From an archaeon GW2011_AR10 (GTDB lineage: Archaea; Iainarchaeota; Iainarchaeia; Iainarchaeales; GW2011-AR10): 32,000 nt of DNA. The first letter of the stretch is position 1; each line of letters begins with the position of its first letter. This document shows positions 14,664 through 22,586 of this stretch, one piece after another. The notes beneath the pieces are model-generated. The model had not been told where the DNA came from. It was given only the letters and a program-made list of their open reading frames with translations, and did no database searches. The stretch is taken from positions 540,001 through 572,000 of the forward strand of contig CP010424.1 of assembly GCA_000830275.1 (NCBI GenBank), in the 5' to 3' direction. The position numbers and the translations under genes were made by a program.

Positions 14664-14848
14664 TATAGCAAAAGACATTAGTTTCGGTAATTTCTTAATG
14701 TCTTTTGCGACTATAGCAAACAGCCAATATTTTTGAACTTTTTATTGCTGTTTGCTAGATGCAAAACGCAGTTTCAATGTTCAATTACTTAAGCGTTTTG
14801 CTATAGCGAATGACTTGTTTTCTACCATTATTAAAGTCATTCGCTATT
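14664..14848. repeat. Array of four abutting different hairpins (types IV-III-II-I) joined by CTATAG
   Basis: A: 14668-14680 pairs with 14696-14708 (13 bp). B: 14714-14724 pairs with 14747-14757 (11 bp). C: 14761-14769 pairs with 14793-14801 (9 bp). D: 14803-14815 pairs with 14835-14847 (13 bp). All four stems are perfect. Junction hexamers are CTATAG at 14711-14716 and 14801-14806, and CTAGAT at 14755-14760. Confidence 0.85.
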
Positions 14849-14921
14849 AATAAAAACAATTGGAGACTAAAAGGGTTACAGGGCTTAACATAATCTTGCA
14901 AAAAAATGTCAGGCAAAAAGC

Positions 14922-15854
14922 ATGAAAAAAATGAAGCCATTTGTTTCAGTAGTAGTTGTAGGATTCAACGGCGAAAAGTTCATTGCAAAGCTGCTTGAAT
15001 CACTTGAAAGCCAGTCATACCCTAGAAACAGGTTCGAAGTAATTCTTGTGGACAACGCTTCAACAGACAATACTTCAAAAATTGCTGAGAGTTTCCAGAA
15101 GGCGGAAATAATTCAATTAAAAGAGAACACGGGTTTTGCCGCTGGAAACAATGAGGGAATAAAAAAAAGCAAAGGAGAATTTGTTGTTCTTGTCAGCCAG
15201 GACGTGTGGGTGGAAAAAAACTTTTTATCTGAACTGGTGAAAACAATGCAGGAAAAACCAGAAGCAGGAATTGTGGGAGCAGCAGAGCACCCATACGATG
15301 GAACAATTCCCAAGGCAAAAAAAATTGTTGAAAGCAGCTGGATGGGCGGCGGGGCAATGATGATAAGACGAAAAGCTCTCGAAGAAGAGCTCTTTGACGA
15401 AAACTATTTTGCGTACTGCGAGGACATGGACCTTTCCTGGAGAATGAAAATGAAGGGCTGGAGGATTTTTCTCAATACGGCTTCTATATGGCACCATGCA
15501 GGCTTTGACAGAAGCGACATAAGCAGTTGGGCTGCCGCAATTGCAATCAGAAACCGGGTTCTCTTATTGCTGACATACGGAAGCATGGGGCAAATTATAA
15601 AGTCGATTAATTTTATGGGAACTGCAAATTCGAATTCAAGCAGGGAAAAAAACAACTCTCATAAAAATAGAGGCTCCAGCTCAAGAGAAAAAAAGAAAGT
15701 TTCTTCACTCAGCCTATTTTTCTCTGTCCTGCCCTTATTGCCTTCAACCATTGCAAAAAGGTTTTCAGTTATGCAGAACAAAAAAGTTTCGCAGCAGGAA
15801 ATCGACTCGTGGATTCGGGAAACAGACAAGCAGCTGTGGGGGAAGGAAAGTTGA
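14922..15854 (+). CDS. GT2 glycosyltransferase with a low-complexity Ser/Lys/Asn-rich C-terminal region
   Basis: FVSVVVVGFNGEKFIAKLLESL...VILVDNASTDNT and NTGFAAGNNEG are the GT2 motifs. The C-terminal third contains NSNSSREKNNSHKNRGSSSREKKK. Confidence 0.85.
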   Translation: MKKMKPFVSVVVVGFNGEKFIAKLLESLESQSYPRNRFEVILVDNASTDNTSKIAESFQKAEIIQLKENTGFAAGNNEGIKKSKGEFVVLVSQDVWVEKNFLSELVKTMQEKPEAGIVGAAEHPYDGTIPKAKKIVESSWMGGGAMMIRRKALEEELFDENYFAYCEDMDLSWRMKMKGWRIFLNTASIWHHAGFDRSDISSWAAAIAIRNRVLLLLTYGSMGQIIKSINFMGTANSNSSREKNNSHKNRGSSSREKKKVSSLSLFFSVLPLLPSTIAKRFSVMQNKKVSQQEIDSWIRETDKQLWGKES

Positions 15855-16966
15855 AAAAACTTGCAAAAATTGCAGAGCTGGCCAAGGCAAAAGTAACTCC
15901 GCTTGACTACCTTCACAAAAAGGACAGAGGAAAACTGAACATTGGCTGGTGCTCTTACTTCCCTCCGTCAGAGAACGGGGTTGCAGCAGCAACATATTCT
16001 ATTGCAAATGCATTAAACAAAATGGCAGGGTTTTCAGTTTACGCGATTCCCGCAGATGGCCTTATTGACAGGAGCTTATTTCCGAACATGAAAGTTGCAA
16101 AAATTGATGACAAAGAACTTGATGCAGTAATTTTTTTCTGTCTTGGGGAAAAAACAATAAATTTTGTTGAAAAAAGCAAATCAAAAAATTTTGTCTGGCA
16201 AACGGTCCATGAACCCCCATTGACGGATAAATCTGAAAAACAAATATTTGAACAACTGAAGAAATTTGAAAACGTTTTTTTGGTATCCAAATGGGCAACG
16301 AAAGAGTACAATAAAGCTGGCGTGAAAGCAAAATACCTGCCCATCGCCGTAGATATAAATAAATTTGTGCCCAGAAGGAATGAATCATTTGAGGTTTTGT
16401 TTGTGAGCAGAATCCACCACTTCAAGGGCGTGATCACTTTCTTAAAAACAATTCCGCACGTTCTGAGAAACCATTCGCATGTGAAATTCAGGCTTCACGC
16501 GCCAATTGACAGGTTCTCTCCTCACTTGCATGAAATTTTGTCAGAAATTGAAAAAGCAAAGAAAGCTTATCCGAACAATTTTTTGTTTGAAGAATCGTGG
16601 ATTGATTATGATGAAATGCCTAAAAAGTACGCTAATTCAAGTGTTCTGGTTTTTCCTAGTGCCAGTGAAGGGTTTGGAGTGCCGCTGATTGAGGCAATGA
16701 GCTGTGGAATTCCCTGCATTGTTGCAGACAAGAAGCCGATGAATGAAATCATTGAAAACAATAAAACTGGTTTTTGTTTGCCTCAAAGAGAGAGAATTCA
16801 TGACCACTTTTTCCCAAGCGCGGAAGAAATTTCTGAAAAAATAAATTATTTGTTTGAAAACAAATCTGTTTTTGAAAAAATGCAGCGGAACGCAAGGCAA
16901 AAAGCTGAAAAAGAATACTCTAGAGATGCAGTTTTGGAAAAACTAGTTAAAGAGCTGAGTAAATAA
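15809..16966 (+). CDS. GT4 (GT-B, Glycos_transf_1) glycosyltransferase
   Basis: The EX7E motif is EGFGVPLIEAMSCGIPCIV. No in-frame ATG lies upstream of the catalytic core, so the start must be GTG (15809 or 15836) or the TTG at 15851. The TTG forms a TTGA overlap with the upstream stop. Confidence 0.8.
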   Translation: MDSGNRQAAVGEGKLKKLAKIAELAKAKVTPLDYLHKKDRGKLNIGWCSYFPPSENGVAAATYSIANALNKMAGFSVYAIPADGLIDRSLFPNMKVAKIDDKELDAVIFFCLGEKTINFVEKSKSKNFVWQTVHEPPLTDKSEKQIFEQLKKFENVFLVSKWATKEYNKAGVKAKYLPIAVDINKFVPRRNESFEVLFVSRIHHFKGVITFLKTIPHVLRNHSHVKFRLHAPIDRFSPHLHEILSEIEKAKKAYPNNFLFEESWIDYDEMPKKYANSSVLVFPSASEGFGVPLIEAMSCGIPCIVADKKPMNEIIENNKTGFCLPQRERIHDHFFPSAEEISEKINYLFENKSVFEKMQRNARQKAEKEYSRDAVLEKLVKELSK

Positions 16967-17043
16967 AATCGAAATGCTTTTAAGCAGGAACACTGATTTT
17001 AAAAATTAGAGGAAATGTGTTTTGAAATTAGTCTTGTGATTGC

Positions 17044-17937
17044 ATGAGCAAAATCCTTATAACTGGCGGAGCTGGCTTTATTGGAACCAATTTGGCAGAG
17101 CACATGGAGGCTCAAGGCAATGAAGTACTGATTCTGGATAAGAGGAAAAGTAAATTCAGCCCTTCAATCAGGGCGGACGTTACAAAAAAAAATTGGCATT
17201 CAAAAGTTGGAAAACCCGAAATAATTTACCACTTGGCTGCAATTGTAGGAGTTGATTATGTTTCAACGCACCCATTTGAAACAATGAATACAGAAATTAT
17301 GGGAATCAACAATGTAATAAAATTCGCAGAAAGAACCAGGCCAGAAAAAATAATCTTTTCCTCCACCTCTGCTGTTTATGGAACAGCCTTACCAAATCAG
17401 TTTTTAAGCGAGGACATCAAAACTTTTCCCATTACAAGTTATGCGACAGCAAAAATAATGGCGGAACACTATCTCAAAGAAATGAAGAAAATCCACAATA
17501 TTGACTTTACAGTTTTAAGGTACTTCAATGCCTATGGAAAGTACCAGGACCCAAAAATGGTTATTGCAAGATTTATGGAAGCTGCAAAAGAAAGCAAGCC
17601 AATAGTTGTTTTTAATAACGGAGAACAGACAAGAGACTTTACATATATTGACGATGTAATGAAAGCAACAGAACTGGTTGCCTTCACCGACAAAACAAAT
17701 AGCCAAATCATTAATGTTGGAACAGGTGTGGCAACAAAAATCAGAGATGTTGCCTTGCTGGTTAAAAAGATTTCCGGTTCTCAATCAAAAATTTTATTTG
17801 AAAAACCACCAGAACCAAGAGAACATTTTGAAATACAGAGAAGGGTCTGTGACAAGCGAAGGCTGAAAAAACTAATTGGGTTTGAATGCAAAACAACTTT
17901 GAGCCAAGGATTAAAAAAGCTCATGCAAGAACAATAG
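17044..17937 (+). CDS. NAD-dependent epimerase/dehydratase (extended SDR, UDP-sugar 4-epimerase/decarboxylase-like)
   Basis: The motifs are ILITGGAGFIGTN and YATAKIMAE (YxxxK). 297 aa. Confidence 0.85.
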   Translation: MSKILITGGAGFIGTNLAEHMEAQGNEVLILDKRKSKFSPSIRADVTKKNWHSKVGKPEIIYHLAAIVGVDYVSTHPFETMNTEIMGINNVIKFAERTRPEKIIFSSTSAVYGTALPNQFLSEDIKTFPITSYATAKIMAEHYLKEMKKIHNIDFTVLRYFNAYGKYQDPKMVIARFMEAAKESKPIVVFNNGEQTRDFTYIDDVMKATELVAFTDKTNSQIINVGTGVATKIRDVALLVKKISGSQSKILFEKPPEPREHFEIQRRVCDKRRLKKLIGFECKTTLSQGLKKLMQEQ

Positions 17938-17938
17938 A

Positions 17939-19549
17939 TTACCAAATCTTTTCCGAATAAAGAGAAGCATAGTTGCCATATTTCTCTGTGAATAAAATAT
18001 CATATTCATTTACATCAAGTTGTTGTATAGAATTTTTCCCATTTTTCGATGAAATAAAAAGCAAATCCTTATTTTCTCTTTTAACTACTGCAGCTAGTGA
18101 CTGTGCTTGAGGCAATTCATCCTTTAAGTTTAGGTAAGCTGTTTCACTAAGCACGATTAAATCTGCTTTTTCCGCAGTTCTATTGAAAAAATCCCTGAAT
18201 TCACTCAAACTTAAATCGTATTCTGCAATTGGTTCTCTGCCGAAATAAATTCTGGCCACAGAAGGCTCGAAATCTGTTAATATTAAAACTTCCTCTGAAA
18301 AATTTTCCCGAATAAAATAACCGGCTGTCCTAAGGCCCCTTCCCGCAGAATTTTCGAGGTCATTTGCCACATATGTCGGGGTAAAAAAATAAGAGAAAGT
18401 TACAATAATGAGAAGAAAAGCTGCAAAAGGCGACAAAAAATGGATACGCAAATTATTTGTTTTTTTTCTAATAAAATCAAAAAGATCAGTCAACAAAATT
18501 GACGCAAGAATTGTGGATGAAAATGCCGCACCGATGAGGTACATGCCTGGCCCTGTTAAAGATGGCGGGAGCAGAAAAAAGTAAGGGATTGAATAAACAA
18601 GAAACCAAATGAAAAAAATGCTTTTTTTCTCAAGCCTTATAGCTGAATAAAGACCAGTAAGTAACGAGAAAGGCAATAATAGCAGTAATGCGCCGCCAAG
18701 ATAATCTTTCAATAATCCGAGAATATAAAAAACATAAAAGCCAGGAGAGAGAGTCTTCTCCAAGAAATGCCCCAGAAAGCCATACTGGGGGGTTCCTTGG
18801 TTTGCGTAATAAAGGAACTGCAATAATACTGGTGAAAAAATTAGGAAAAAAATCACAAAAAATTTAGGGGAGAATATCAGAAATGTTTCTTTTATCCTAT
18901 CAAACAAATTTTTTCTATCCTGAAATAATAAGGAAGTAAATATAAGCAGGGGAATTATCCCCAAAAACTGGTTATCAGTTAAAAAATAAAGAGCGATTAG
19001 AAAAGGAGTAATAACTGAATACCTACTGCCTGAGGACTTTGCATATTCTGCAAAAAAGTAAAGCGAGGCCATTAAAAGGGTTGCTGCAATGAGCCAGTTT
19101 CCTCCGGGCCTGACTGATTGGATTATGTGAATTGGCAAAACGGTTACCAGCAAAGCAGAAAGAACAGCAGACTTTTCATTGTGGAATCTCTTAACAAAAA
19201 AGAATGCAACAATTGGGGAGATTGCCCCAAAAAAAATAAATGGCAACCTTAAAACAAATTCACTAAGAGGAATATTTAAAATTGAAAAAAATGCAACGTT
19301 TATAACTGTTACAAAAATTGTGAATGGCCCCCAACCGAATGCAGCCAATCTAAAAGAATAAATAATCAAATTTTCAATTGAAGGCTCATCAAAAAAATGA
19401 AAAAAATCCAATCCTGCAAGTAAAAAACCCGCATCATCACTAGTTGAAAAAGTCTGAAAGGCCAAGGGATAAAAAATGCTTAATAGCAACGAAAAAAAGA
19501 AAACAAACGACAAAAAAAGTAGAAGTTTACTGCCATGAAGCTTGTTCAT
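17939..19549 (-). CDS. Multi-pass membrane protein, putative GT-C-fold (ArnT/PMT-like) glycosyltransferase
   Basis: 536 aa. The first extracytoplasmic loop carries acidic residues (FSTSDDAGF). About a dozen hydrophobic helices precede a polar C-terminal domain. It lies downstream of a polyprenyl-P-type GT2 on the same strand. Confidence 0.6.
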   Translation of the reverse strand: MNKLHGSKLLLFLSFVFFFSLLLSIFYPLAFQTFSTSDDAGFLLAGLDFFHFFDEPSIENLIIYSFRLAAFGWGPFTIFVTVINVAFFSILNIPLSEFVLRLPFIFFGAISPIVAFFFVKRFHNEKSAVLSALLVTVLPIHIIQSVRPGGNWLIAATLLMASLYFFAEYAKSSGSRYSVITPFLIALYFLTDNQFLGIIPLLIFTSLLFQDRKNLFDRIKETFLIFSPKFFVIFFLIFSPVLLQFLYYANQGTPQYGFLGHFLEKTLSPGFYVFYILGLLKDYLGGALLLLLPFSLLTGLYSAIRLEKKSIFFIWFLVYSIPYFFLLPPSLTGPGMYLIGAAFSSTILASILLTDLFDFIRKKTNNLRIHFLSPFAAFLLIIVTFSYFFTPTYVANDLENSAGRGLRTAGYFIRENFSEEVLILTDFEPSVARIYFGREPIAEYDLSLSEFRDFFNRTAEKADLIVLSETAYLNLKDELPQAQSLAAVVKRENKDLLFISSKNGKNSIQQLDVNEYDILFTEKYGNYASLYSEKIW

Positions 19550-19573
19550 TGTCTCTGCCCAAAATAATTCAGC

Positions 19574-19580
19574 TATAAAA
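19574..19580 (-). promoter_or_regulatory. TATA-like box (TTTTATA on the minus strand) about 28 nt upstream of the 19549 ATG
   Basis: The geometry fits a leaderless archaeal promoter for the GT-C gene. Confidence 0.4.
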
Positions 19581-19608
19581 GAGAATAAAAAAGCTCTGCC
19601 AATCTACA

Positions 19609-19711
19609 TATAGTAAAAGAGTAAAAGACATTAATTTTTGAACATTTTATGGTCTTTTACTATCTATCAAGGACGATATTTGTCCAATTATTAATGCCCC
19701 TTGCTATAACT
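19609..19711. repeat. Two-hairpin copy (type IV + degenerate type I) of the CTATAG-bounded hairpin family
   Basis: Hairpin 5a: AGTAAAAGAC 19620-19629 pairs with GTCTTTTACT 19652-19661 (perfect). Its segment GACATTAATTTTTGAACATTT (stem end plus loop) is identical over 21 nt to 1129-1149. Hairpin 5b is weak: CAAGG 19668-19672 pairs with CCTTG 19699-19703. The copy ends in TTGCTATAACT (19701-19711). Confidence 0.75.
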
Positions 19712-19720
19712 AAAAGTTAT

Positions 19721-20410
19721 TTAATCTGTAAATTTGAATTTTATCATAAGCAAAAGTGCCTTTATTCCGTCTATCGCGGTAATTTTTTTTCCTTCCTTAT
19801 AAGTTCTCGAAGAAGAAACAACAGGAATCTCTTTAATGGACAGGCCTTTTTTCAAAAACTTTGAAGTAATTTCGGGTTCAAAGTCAAAGCCTCTTGCTTT
19901 AAGAGTAATCCCATCTAAAGCAGTTCTCTTAAATGCTTTATATCCTGTTTCCATATCAGTAATTTTTGAATTGTAAAGAAATGAAGTGGCAAATGAAAGG
20001 AATATATTTCCGAACTCATGAAATAAAACAACTTGCTTGTTTCCCTCTTTCAAAAACCTAGAACCATAAACAATCTCGCTTTTTCCTTTTACTATAGGTT
20101 CAAGAATGAAAGGAATATATTTAGGATTGCATTCCAAATCAGCATCTTGAATTATGATTATTTCTCCATTGGAACTGGAAATCCCTGTTTTTACAGCAGC
20201 CCCCTTGCCTTTATTACTTGAATGATTGAATAGTTTTATTCCCTTAATGCCTGAAAGAATTTTTTTTGACCCATCTGTGCTTCCATCGTTTACAACAACT
20301 ATTTCTTTTTTTACCTCGAGCCTTCTCAAATCAAGCTGTTTGAGTTTTGTTAAAACAAGCCCCAAAGTTTTTTCTTCATTGAAAACTGGAACAATTATAT
20401 TTACTTTCAT
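19721..20410 (-). CDS. GT2, polyprenyl-phosphate glycosyltransferase type (DPM1/GtrB-like)
   Basis: The motifs are KVNIIVPVFNEEKTLGLVL...VVVNDGSTDGS and IIQDADLE (DxD). 229 aa, soluble. Confidence 0.85.
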   Translation of the reverse strand: MKVNIIVPVFNEEKTLGLVLTKLKQLDLRRLEVKKEIVVVNDGSTDGSKKILSGIKGIKLFNHSSNKGKGAAVKTGISSSNGEIIIIQDADLECNPKYIPFILEPIVKGKSEIVYGSRFLKEGNKQVVLFHEFGNIFLSFATSFLYNSKITDMETGYKAFKRTALDGITLKARGFDFEPEITSKFLKKGLSIKEIPVVSSSRTYKEGKKITAIDGIKALLLMIKFKFTD

Positions 20411-20552
20411 GCCATATCCCGTCTCATATTTTAAAAATCTACAGAATGATTCATACTAGCCTATGCCAGCTATGGCTTGATCTTGAATTTATAGCTATTC
20501 AATATCAAAAGGAAATAAAAAAAGCTCTTGCGGGATTTATTTTAGGGTTCTG

Positions 20553-21713
20553 ATGAATATTTTTATAGTTAATGATTTCGGGTTGAAAGGTGGGGGGGCA
20601 GAAAAAAGAACGCTACTGCTGCTTCAGCAGATGTTAAAAGAGGGTAAACTTGGAGAAGTTCATGTAATTGAAAAATTTTCCTCGCAGGAAAAACCAAAGG
20701 GAAAATTTTTCTTTTATAAAGCTGTCGACAGAAAGGCGGAAAGTGAAAAACTATTTAATAGAATCTTGGATGAGAAAAAAATAGGTATTGTTCAGGTCCA
20801 TAACTCTCTCTATCTTCCAACTAATTTTGTAAGAATTGCAAAAAACAAAAATATTCCGGTTGTTTTTTTCGCGCATGACTACTGGCCTGTATGCGGGTGG
20901 CGTTCTTTTATAAACCCTGAAAGGTTTTTCGAAGCCGAGTCATGCGAGAAAAGCCACACAGGAATCCCAAAATGCGCCAAGCCCCTGACTTTAGTGAAGC
21001 TGAAGCTAATGCAGAGAGAACTCAACAACGCTGATGCAGGAATTGCACCAAGCGATTTTGCAGTTAACAAGTTTTCCTCATTCGGCTTGCTCAAAGGGAA
21101 GTGGAAAAAGGTTCTGCCTTGGATTAATCTCAAGGAATTTTTTCCGCCTGCAAAAGAGCACAGGGAAAAATTTGTTTTGTTCGTGGGCTCGCTTAAGGCG
21201 TACAAAGGGGCATTTGTTTTGGTTAACGCGTTCAGGGAAATTTCTGAAAAATTTCCTGGAGTGCAGCTGGTTTTTGCTGGGCACGAGGAAGGGGCCCCTC
21301 TTGCAAAAATGAAAGAATTTGTGAATGGAAAATGGCTAGGGAAAAGGGTTAAGTTTTTGGGAAAGAAAAGTGAAAAAGAGCTCCGGGAACTCTACCAACA
21401 GGCAGGCCTGCTTGTGTTTCCAAGCACATGCATGGAAATGTTTGGAAGCATTTGGGCTGAGGCAATGGCTTGCGGCTGCCCCATAATAGCAAGCGATGTT
21501 GCAGGAATGAAGGAGCTGGCAGGCGGAAAAGTCGTTTTGTTTGAAAACGGCAATTCCTCTGACTTGCAGGAAAAAATTATTGAATTGCTGGAAGATAGGA
21601 TAAAAGCATCTGCTGGAGGAAAAAGCGGAACTGGTTATGCAACGAAAAGTTTTGATGTCAGGAGGGCTTCCAAGGAAATGAAATCAATTTACGATGAAAT
21701 AATCCAAAGGTGA
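20553..21713 (+). CDS. GT4 (GT-B) glycosyltransferase
   Basis: The motifs are VLFVGSLKAYKG and the EX7E motif EMFGSIWAEAMACGCPIIASD. 386 aa. Confidence 0.85.
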   Translation: MNIFIVNDFGLKGGGAEKRTLLLLQQMLKEGKLGEVHVIEKFSSQEKPKGKFFFYKAVDRKAESEKLFNRILDEKKIGIVQVHNSLYLPTNFVRIAKNKNIPVVFFAHDYWPVCGWRSFINPERFFEAESCEKSHTGIPKCAKPLTLVKLKLMQRELNNADAGIAPSDFAVNKFSSFGLLKGKWKKVLPWINLKEFFPPAKEHREKFVLFVGSLKAYKGAFVLVNAFREISEKFPGVQLVFAGHEEGAPLAKMKEFVNGKWLGKRVKFLGKKSEKELRELYQQAGLLVFPSTCMEMFGSIWAEAMACGCPIIASDVAGMKELAGGKVVLFENGNSSDLQEKIIELLEDRIKASAGGKSGTGYATKSFDVRRASKEMKSIYDEIIQR

Positions 21714-21727
21714 ACTGACAAGAATTA

Positions 21728-22573
21728 TTGTCGGGCAGGGCAGAATTAATAAAAACAACTGAAAGTAATTCAGTTAAAGAGGCAGCATTTTGGCTTGGCT
21801 TCAGCGGTGTTTTAATGCCTGTGTTCGGTAAAAGTTTTTTGTTTGCAGAGCAGCACAATTTTTTTTCAAGGCTCGGCTTTCAGCTTTACGGTTACCCTTT
21901 TGTCGGGGGATGGCTGCGCAGCGTTTACTTCCGGAAAGCAATTTCAGACCTGAAACCTAGCAGGATTCTTGATGCTGGTTGCGGTGCAGGCGAGTACAGT
22001 TTTTACTTGGCGGAAAAATTTCCTGAATTGCAAGCGGAGGCCTGTGACCTGTTCGCGGAGGCAGTAAAAAAAAACAGGGAAACGCAGAAAAAAATGAATT
22101 TAAGCAGCATAGAGTTTTTTCAGGCAGACATCAGGAAACAGTTAAGCAGAAACCAATACGACTTGATTTTCTCAATTGATGTGCTTCAAGGAATCAGGGA
22201 AAAAGAAAAAGTGTTCAAGGCGTTTAATTTGGCACTGAAAAAAGGCGGCCACTTGTTCCTGCACATTCCGTTTCAGAACACCAAAATCACAGTCAGCAAA
22301 AAAGGCCTCCCAATTGATGTTGGAATAAAGAGCACTGTTTCTGAAGGCGAATTGCTTCAGGCAATAAAAAATGCGGGGTTCAGCATAATTGAATCAAGGA
22401 AAACATTCGGTTTTTTTGGCGCAACTGCATGGAAATCCGACAATTTTTTGATGCAGAAAAAAGCAGGCATAATGAGAGCCGCTGCACTTCCTTTCTTGAA
22501 ATTTTTTGCGTACTTTGACACATTAGCTGAAAACAGGGAAGGGAAAAGCCTTATGGTTCTTGCAAGAAAATAA
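21728..22573 (+). CDS. Class I SAM-dependent methyltransferase
   Basis: SAM motif I is ILDAGCGAGEYSF. The track start is TTG; the first in-frame ATG is at 21815, so the N-terminus is uncertain. Confidence 0.8.
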   Translation: MSGRAELIKTTESNSVKEAAFWLGFSGVLMPVFGKSFLFAEQHNFFSRLGFQLYGYPFVGGWLRSVYFRKAISDLKPSRILDAGCGAGEYSFYLAEKFPELQAEACDLFAEAVKKNRETQKKMNLSSIEFFQADIRKQLSRNQYDLIFSIDVLQGIREKEKVFKAFNLALKKGGHLFLHIPFQNTKITVSKKGLPIDVGIKSTVSEGELLQAIKNAGFSIIESRKTFGFFGATAWKSDNFLMQKKAGIMRAAALPFLKFFAYFDTLAENREGKSLMVLARK

Positions 22574-22586
22574 GCGTGAACGGGAA

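Noticed and set aside
14664-14848. CRISPR array interpretation of the hairpin cluster
   Set aside because: There is no constant direct repeat alternating with unique spacers. The units are four different palindromes sharing only a 6-bp junction and loop motifs. No cas genes or leader are present in the window.
14664-14848. Integron attC-site interpretation of the hairpins
   Set aside because: The analogy is attractive because structure is more conserved than sequence and the ends are conserved. However, the ends do not match the RYYYAAC/GTTRRRY cores, four sites abut without cassettes, and no integrase is in the window. It is kept only as one hypothesis inside the main finding.
14477-14921. 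Replication-origin interpretation of the 445-bp intergenic region (inverted repeats, AT-rich, TCCA-containing hairpins)
   Set aside because: No orc1/cdc6 or other replication gene is adjacent. The hairpins do not match ORB/mini-ORB consensus beyond TCCA. Copies of the same hairpin family occur at three other ordinary gene junctions.
17939-19549. Markedly lower GC (about 27-30 percent in spot-counted 60-nt lines, against about 40-47 percent in the surface-protein and SDR genes) as a sign of a horizontally acquired segment
   Set aside because: The low GC coincides with a Phe/Ile/Leu/Lys/Asn-rich polytopic membrane protein. The other membrane-protein genes also dip to about 32-38 percent in spot counts. 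Amino-acid composition explains it, and only a few lines were counted by eye.
19584-19599. Shared motif AATAAAAAAGCTCT(T)GC at 19584-19599 and 20513-20531, each preceded by AGCTATA or TATAGCT
   Set aside because: There are only two copies and they differ in homopolymer length. They sit in opposite orientation relative to the nearest start codons, in very AT-rich promoter DNA. Chance similarity cannot be distinguished from a regulator site without genome-wide counts.
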